From Desulfovibrio sp. (GTDB lineage: Bacteria > Desulfobacterota > Desulfovibrionia > Desulfovibrionales > Desulfovibrionaceae): a DNA stretch of 24,000 bases. Shown here in pieces: positions 20,516 through 24,000 of the stretch. The DNA lies in the NCBI GenBank assembly GCA_031556355.1, contig JAVBTB010000027.1, positions 1 through 24,000 of the forward strand, given 5' to 3'. Position 1 is the stretch's first letter. Each line of letters opens with the position of its first letter. Both the position numbers and the translations under genes were made by a program. The notes under the pieces are model-generated. The model made no database searches. It was not told the DNA's origin and was given only the letters and a program-made list of their open reading frames with translations.

Positions 20516-21060
20516 AACTCCTCGTGTTTTCCGATATCCACGGAGCGCTGCCCGTGGCCCGATTGATGGCGGACCTGACCCGCCGCCACAACCCCGACGC
20601 CGTCCTCGTTCTTGGCGACATTCTCTACCACGGCCCGCGCAACCCCCTGCCCGACGGCTACGACCCCAAAGCCACCGCCGGGGCGCTCGCGCCGTTGAAA
20701 AGCCGGATAATCGCCCTGAACGGCAACTGCGACAGCGAAGTGGACGCCGCCGTGCTGCCGTTTCCCCTGGCTTCGGATTTCATCTGGATCGTCCAGCCCG
20801 GGCTGCGCATCTTCGCCACCCACGGGCACAAGCATACCCCGGAAGACCTTCCGCCGCTGGAAGAAGGCGATATCTTCCTTTCAGGCCACACCCACGTGCC
20901 CACCGCCCAAACCACGACCAAGGGCATCCATCTTTGTAATCCCGGCTCCCTCGCCCTGCCCAAGGAAGGCCACCCGCCCTGCTACGGCATGTTTGAAAAC
21001 GGCATTTTTTCCGTCTTCACCCAGGAAGACGAACTCTATCTGCAACTGGACTGCGTATAG
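20512..21060 (+). CDS. yfcE: YfcE-type metallophosphoesterase (MJ0936 family phosphodiesterase)
   Basis: MKLLVFSDIHG, LGDILYHGPRNPLPDGY, GNCDSEVD, THGH and GHTHVP track E. coli YfcE closely. The ATGA overlap with the ycaR stop suggests translational coupling. Confidence 0.88.
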   Translation: MKLLVFSDIHGALPVARLMADLTRRHNPDAVLVLGDILYHGPRNPLPDGYDPKATAGALAPLKSRIIALNGNCDSEVDAAVLPFPLASDFIWIVQPGLRIFATHGHKHTPEDLPPLEEGDIFLSGHTHVPTAQTTTKGIHLCNPGSLALPKEGHPPCYGMFENGIFSVFTQEDELYLQLDCV

Positions 21061-21062
21061 CC

Positions 21063-21608
21063 GTGTCCAGCGTCCTTACCCATCCCGCCCCGGCGCTCTG
21101 CCTCGGCTACGTGCTTGGCGGCAGCGTTGTCTCCACGCACCTCCTGCTGGCGGGCGTCCTCTGCACCCTCCTGCCGGACCTGGATGTGGCCGGGTTCAAC
21201 TTCGGGATCAAGTACGCGGACGCCTTGGGACACAGAGGCCTTTCCCACTCCCTGCTGTTCGCCCTCACCATCGGCGCGCTGGCCTGGCTGGCCGCTCCGC
21301 TTCTGCGCGCCCGGCGCGGCCTTGCCTTTCTGTTCTGCGGCGGAGCCGTGCTCTCCCACATAGCCCTCGACGCCCTGACCAACGGAGGACTCGGCGTTGC
21401 CGTCCTCTGGCCCTTCTCGGACCAACGCTATTTCTTCCCCTGGCGCCCCATAGTGGTGTCCCCTTTCTCCATCAGCCGATTCTTCTCGGATTGGGGCAAA
21501 CGCGTCCTGATCTCGGAATTCCTCTGGGTCTGGCTGCCCTGCCTCACCCTCATGGCCACCGCGTGGCTCGCCAGGCGGCCCCTGCGCGGAGCGAATAAGA
21601 AAAGATAA
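21063..21608 (+). CDS. Membrane-bound metal-dependent hydrolase, DUF457 (YdjM/YbcI family)
   Basis: LLPDLD, GHRGLSHSL, SHIALDALT and VLWPF motifs as in E. coli YdjM. The GTG start lies 2 nt after the yfcE stop. Confidence 0.75.
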   Translation: MSSVLTHPAPALCLGYVLGGSVVSTHLLLAGVLCTLLPDLDVAGFNFGIKYADALGHRGLSHSLLFALTIGALAWLAAPLLRARRGLAFLFCGGAVLSHIALDALTNGGLGVAVLWPFSDQRYFFPWRPIVVSPFSISRFFSDWGKRVLISEFLWVWLPCLTLMATAWLARRPLRGANKKR

Positions 21609-21648
21609 TGCCTCCGGCAGGCAAAGGGTTCTGCCCTCTGCACTCCCG

Positions 21649-21669
21649 GCAAGGGGGTGCCCCCCTTGC
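21649..21669 (+). terminator. 9-bp GC hairpin after the DUF457 gene (gcaaggggg tgc cccccttgc)
   Basis: Exact complement. Followed by atccccatttt. Confidence 0.45.
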
Positions 21670-21764
21670 ATCCCCATTTTGGGGTGCGTGGGCCGAACGG
21701 TGGATTGGCTGTTGTGCTTTGGCGATGCCCCCGGTGACCAGACAGAACTTGTGCTCTGGAGCTC

Positions 21765-21850
21765 AAAAAGCTCAGGAACCGGGGCGGCTCTCATACCAAG
21801 CTATACTTCACGCATCGCTTTAAGATCCGCCATCGGTTCCTGAGCTTTTT
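21765..21850. terminator. 17-bp perfect inverted repeat with A5/T5 flanks and a 52-nt spacer (bidirectional-terminator-like, or the stem of a small RNA)
   Basis: aaaaagctcaggaaccg (21765-21781) and cggttcctgagcttttt (21834-21850) are exact complements. The inner ggcgg/ccgcc extends the pairing. It sits between convergent genes. Confidence 0.6.
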
Positions 21851-21946
21851 ATCCTATACGGCACAACATCCTGCTCTCAATCGAGAGCAACGCCGAGCCT
21901 CAGCATACCAATCCACCACACCGCCCCACAAAGACCTTATGGGGGT

Positions 21947-21989
21947 CAAGGGGCCTCAGGCCCCTTGCAGGTGCAGGACAGCGTCCTGC
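21947..21989. repeat. Two adjacent short perfect hairpins (caaggggcc tca ggccccttg; gcaggac agc gtcctgc) downstream of the minus-strand eamA-like gene
   Basis: Read directly. Neither has a flanking U tract. Confidence 0.5.
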
Positions 21990-22023
21990 CCGCCGGAGGC
22001 ATTATTTATTCTTTTTCCCCACG

Positions 22024-22926
22024 CTACTGCAAACAGAGCAGCGCCGTTCCGGCAAAGGCGACCAGGGTGCCGAGCACGGCGCGCAGGGAGGGCATGCGGC
22101 GTTCCCATACAGAGGCCACGAGCATGACCATAACCGGCTGTAGTCCCATGATGGTGGCCGCAATGCCCGCCCTGGTGTGGAGCAGGGCCGTGGCGGAGCA
22201 CCAGGCCCCGCCCACGCTGAAGAAACCCGCACCTGCCAGTACCCAGAGAACTTTGGGGTGGGCGCGCAACTGGGCAAGGGCTCCGGCCGACCAGCCCTGA
22301 AACAGGCCGACGCCCCACAGCATCAGCACGCTCAGGGAAAGGCGGATGAAGGTGCTCCAAAGGGGGCTGGTACCTTCATGCATGGCTATTTTCAGGAATA
22401 TGAAACTGACGGCCAAAAGCAGGGCGGAGGCGAGTCCCAAAAGGATGCCCAGAAGCAGTTCCTTTCTGGAGGGCGGCGCCTGTCCCGGTGCGGGGGAAAA
22501 GTCCCCTTCGGTCACCACGACGCCCACCCCGCAGGTGGCCAAGGCTATACCTCCCATAAGCTGCGGAGAAAGGGCTTCTCCCAGAAAAAGCACTCCCAGC
22601 ATGGCGGTAATGCCCGCGCACAGGGACTGAAGCAGGATGCCCACCCGCGCGCCGAGCATCTGGATGCACTGGTAGAGAACGAAATCACCGATGGCGATAC
22701 CGGTGAGAGCGGCGATGACAAGGGAACCGAAGGCGGTCAGGGTCAGGGAGGTGTCAACGCCTGTGACGAGGCACAGGAGAGCGAGCATGCAGACATGGAT
22801 AGGCGGACGCAGCAGCGTGATGCTGGAAACGCCCACGATGCGCCCCACGGTTCCGTGCACCTGGGCGGAAACACCCCATCCGAAGGCCGTGCCGAAGGCG
22901 GCCATTTCTCCCAGCCATGTCCCCAT
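22024..22926 (-). CDS. DMT-superfamily transporter (EamA family)
   Basis: Ten hydrophobic segments and a two-repeat EamA architecture. The ATG at 22926 with a GAGGAAA RBS is preferred. The track start at 23034 would overlap rarD by 68 nt. Confidence 0.8.
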   Translation of the reverse strand: MGTWLGEMAAFGTAFGWGVSAQVHGTVGRIVGVSSITLLRPPIHVCMLALLCLVTGVDTSLTLTAFGSLVIAALTGIAIGDFVLYQCIQMLGARVGILLQSLCAGITAMLGVLFLGEALSPQLMGGIALATCGVGVVVTEGDFSPAPGQAPPSRKELLLGILLGLASALLLAVSFIFLKIAMHEGTSPLWSTFIRLSLSVLMLWGVGLFQGWSAGALAQLRAHPKVLWVLAGAGFFSVGGAWCSATALLHTRAGIAATIMGLQPVMVMLVASVWERRMPSLRAVLGTLVAFAGTALLCLQ

Positions 22927-22966
22927 TGCTTTCCTCGGGATGTAAAGCGCCGTGAAGGGCGGCCGC

Positions 22967-23869
22967 TCAGTGCCGTCTGTGGCTGCGGATAGAGTCCCAG
23001 GTATACAGGGCAAGGGCCACCCATATGCAGCCAAAGGTGGCGAGGCCCGCGGCGGTCAGGGGTTCCCTGAACACAAAGACGCCCAGGACGAACACCATGC
23101 TGGGGGTCAGGTACTGTAAAAGCCCCAGGGTGGTCATGCGGATGCGCCGCGCCCCGTAGGCGAACCAGAACAGGGGAATGGTCGTGATGATGCCGGAGGC
23201 GGCCAGCAGCACGTTTATGAACAGATCGCCCCCGTACAGAAAAGCGCTGTTGCCCTGCAGGCCCTGCCAGAGCAGATATCCCCCGGCAAACGGCAGGAAC
23301 ATGACAGTTTCGATGAACAGGCCGGGCAGCGCTTCCACCTTCAACATCTTGCGCAGCAGGGCGTACAGTGCAAACGAAATGCCGAGCAGCAACGAAACCA
23401 CGGGAAGATGCCCCAGGTTGAACACCTGGAACAGCACGCCGATAGTGGCCAACGCGATGGCCGCCCAAGTGATCCGGCCGGCCTGCTCCTTAAAAACCGC
23501 CACGCCGAGAATGACATTGAACAGGGGGTTGATATAGTAGCCCAGGCTCGCTTCCAGTACCATGCCGTGGGTGACGGCCCAAATATAGGTAAACCAGTTT
23601 CCCGCCAGCAAAAGACTGCTGAGGGCAAGGCCCAGGGCAATCTTTTTATCGCGCAGGAGCGTAAGCACCCCGCCAAGGCGTCCGGAACACAGCATGACGG
23701 GCATCAGCGAGATGAACGACCAGCCCATGCGCTGGCAAAGCACTTCGCGCGAGTCCACGGACGCAAGCGCCTTCCAGAAAAGGGGCAGTACGCCCCAGGC
23801 GAGAAAAGCCCCGAAGGCGGCGAGCAACCCCAGTTGGGCGGAATCCTTAGGCAAACGGAAAAGAGACAT
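22967..23869 (-). CDS. rarD: RarD protein (DMT superfamily)
   Basis: NWFTYIWAVTHGMVLEASLGYYINPLFNV and TTIPLFWFAYGARRIRMTTLGLLQYLTPS parallel E. coli RarD closely. 300 aa. GAGGAC RBS. Confidence 0.88.
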   Translation of the reverse strand: MSLFRLPKDSAQLGLLAAFGAFLAWGVLPLFWKALASVDSREVLCQRMGWSFISLMPVMLCSGRLGGVLTLLRDKKIALGLALSSLLLAGNWFTYIWAVTHGMVLEASLGYYINPLFNVILGVAVFKEQAGRITWAAIALATIGVLFQVFNLGHLPVVSLLLGISFALYALLRKMLKVEALPGLFIETVMFLPFAGGYLLWQGLQGNSAFLYGGDLFINVLLAASGIITTIPLFWFAYGARRIRMTTLGLLQYLTPSMVFVLGVFVFREPLTAAGLATFGCIWVALALYTWDSIRSHRRH

Positions 23870-23893
23870 GCTGTCCTCGGTCCCCGAAAAGAT

Positions 23894-23917
23894 ACGGGGA
23901 GGCGTTCGCCCCCCCGT
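23894..23917 (-). terminator. Hairpin and short U tract downstream of the partial minus-strand gene
   Basis: On the minus strand: acgggggggcg aa cgcctccccgt (11 bp including one G-U), followed by atctttt. Confidence 0.45.
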
Positions 23918-23945
23918 TTACCGGAATCTATGCAGAGGCTGTGGG

Positions 23946-24000
23946 TTATCTTGCGAACGAGCGGCCGAACAGGGCTTCCACCGCGGCCTTGCCGTTGGCT
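23946..24000 (-). CDS. 3' end of an unidentified minus-strand CDS (partial, runs off the window)
   Basis: An open frame reads ...ANGKAAVEALFGRSFAR then stop (TAA, complement of 23946-23948). Too short to identify. Confidence 0.3.
   Translation of the reverse strand, partial: ANGKAAVEALFGRSFAR

Noticed and set aside
21608-21823. A 71-aa ORF whose ATG overlaps the DUF457 stop codon (TAATG), suggesting coupling.
   Set aside because: The translation is Trp/Cys/Gly/Pro-rich with no RBS. It runs straight through several perfect hairpins, so it is more likely non-coding.

Overview
This is a GC-rich chromosomal segment from a Gram-negative bacterium, since LpxC is present. The protein sequences look Desulfovibrio-like, but that is inference only. 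Positions 1-8060 are core housekeeping genes, all on the + strand: prmC, lpxC, then tRNA-Thr/Tyr/Gly/Thr, tuf, rpmG, tRNA-Trp, secE, nusG, rplK, rplA, rplJ and rplL. rpmG is 49 aa and absent from the ORF track. The block does not continue into rpoBC. It stops at a canonical terminator, and about 16 kb of accessory or metabolic genes follow. These are: a DMT/EamA exporter; an AGXT-type class-V aminotransferase with a LacI-family regulator; a beta-eliminating lyase that reads as tyrosine phenol-lyase rather than tryptophanase, with a HAAAP aromatic amino acid permease and a convergent Crp/Fnr-family regulator; a secreted DUF3179 protein next to a secreted protein with a Cys-rich head and a Pro/Ala/Thr/Ser-rich tail, which I do not recognise; a PHP-domain (TrpH/YciV-like) phosphoesterase; a tightly coupled ycaR(Trm112-like)-yfcE-DUF457 trio; and tandem DMT genes (eamA-like plus rarD). 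I see no CRISPR array, rRNA, integrase, transposase or recognisable defence genes. Intergenic regions hold unusually long perfect hairpins, several sharing a CAAGGG...CCCTTG stem core, and one 415-nt non-coding gap has nested inverted repeats. Nothing here is demonstrably a new system. The best candidates for follow-up are the DUF3179 / Cys-Pro-rich secreted pair, the tpl-permease-regulator cassette and the structured non-coding gaps. Many long ORFs in the track are antisense shadow ORFs typical of GC-rich DNA and were not called.
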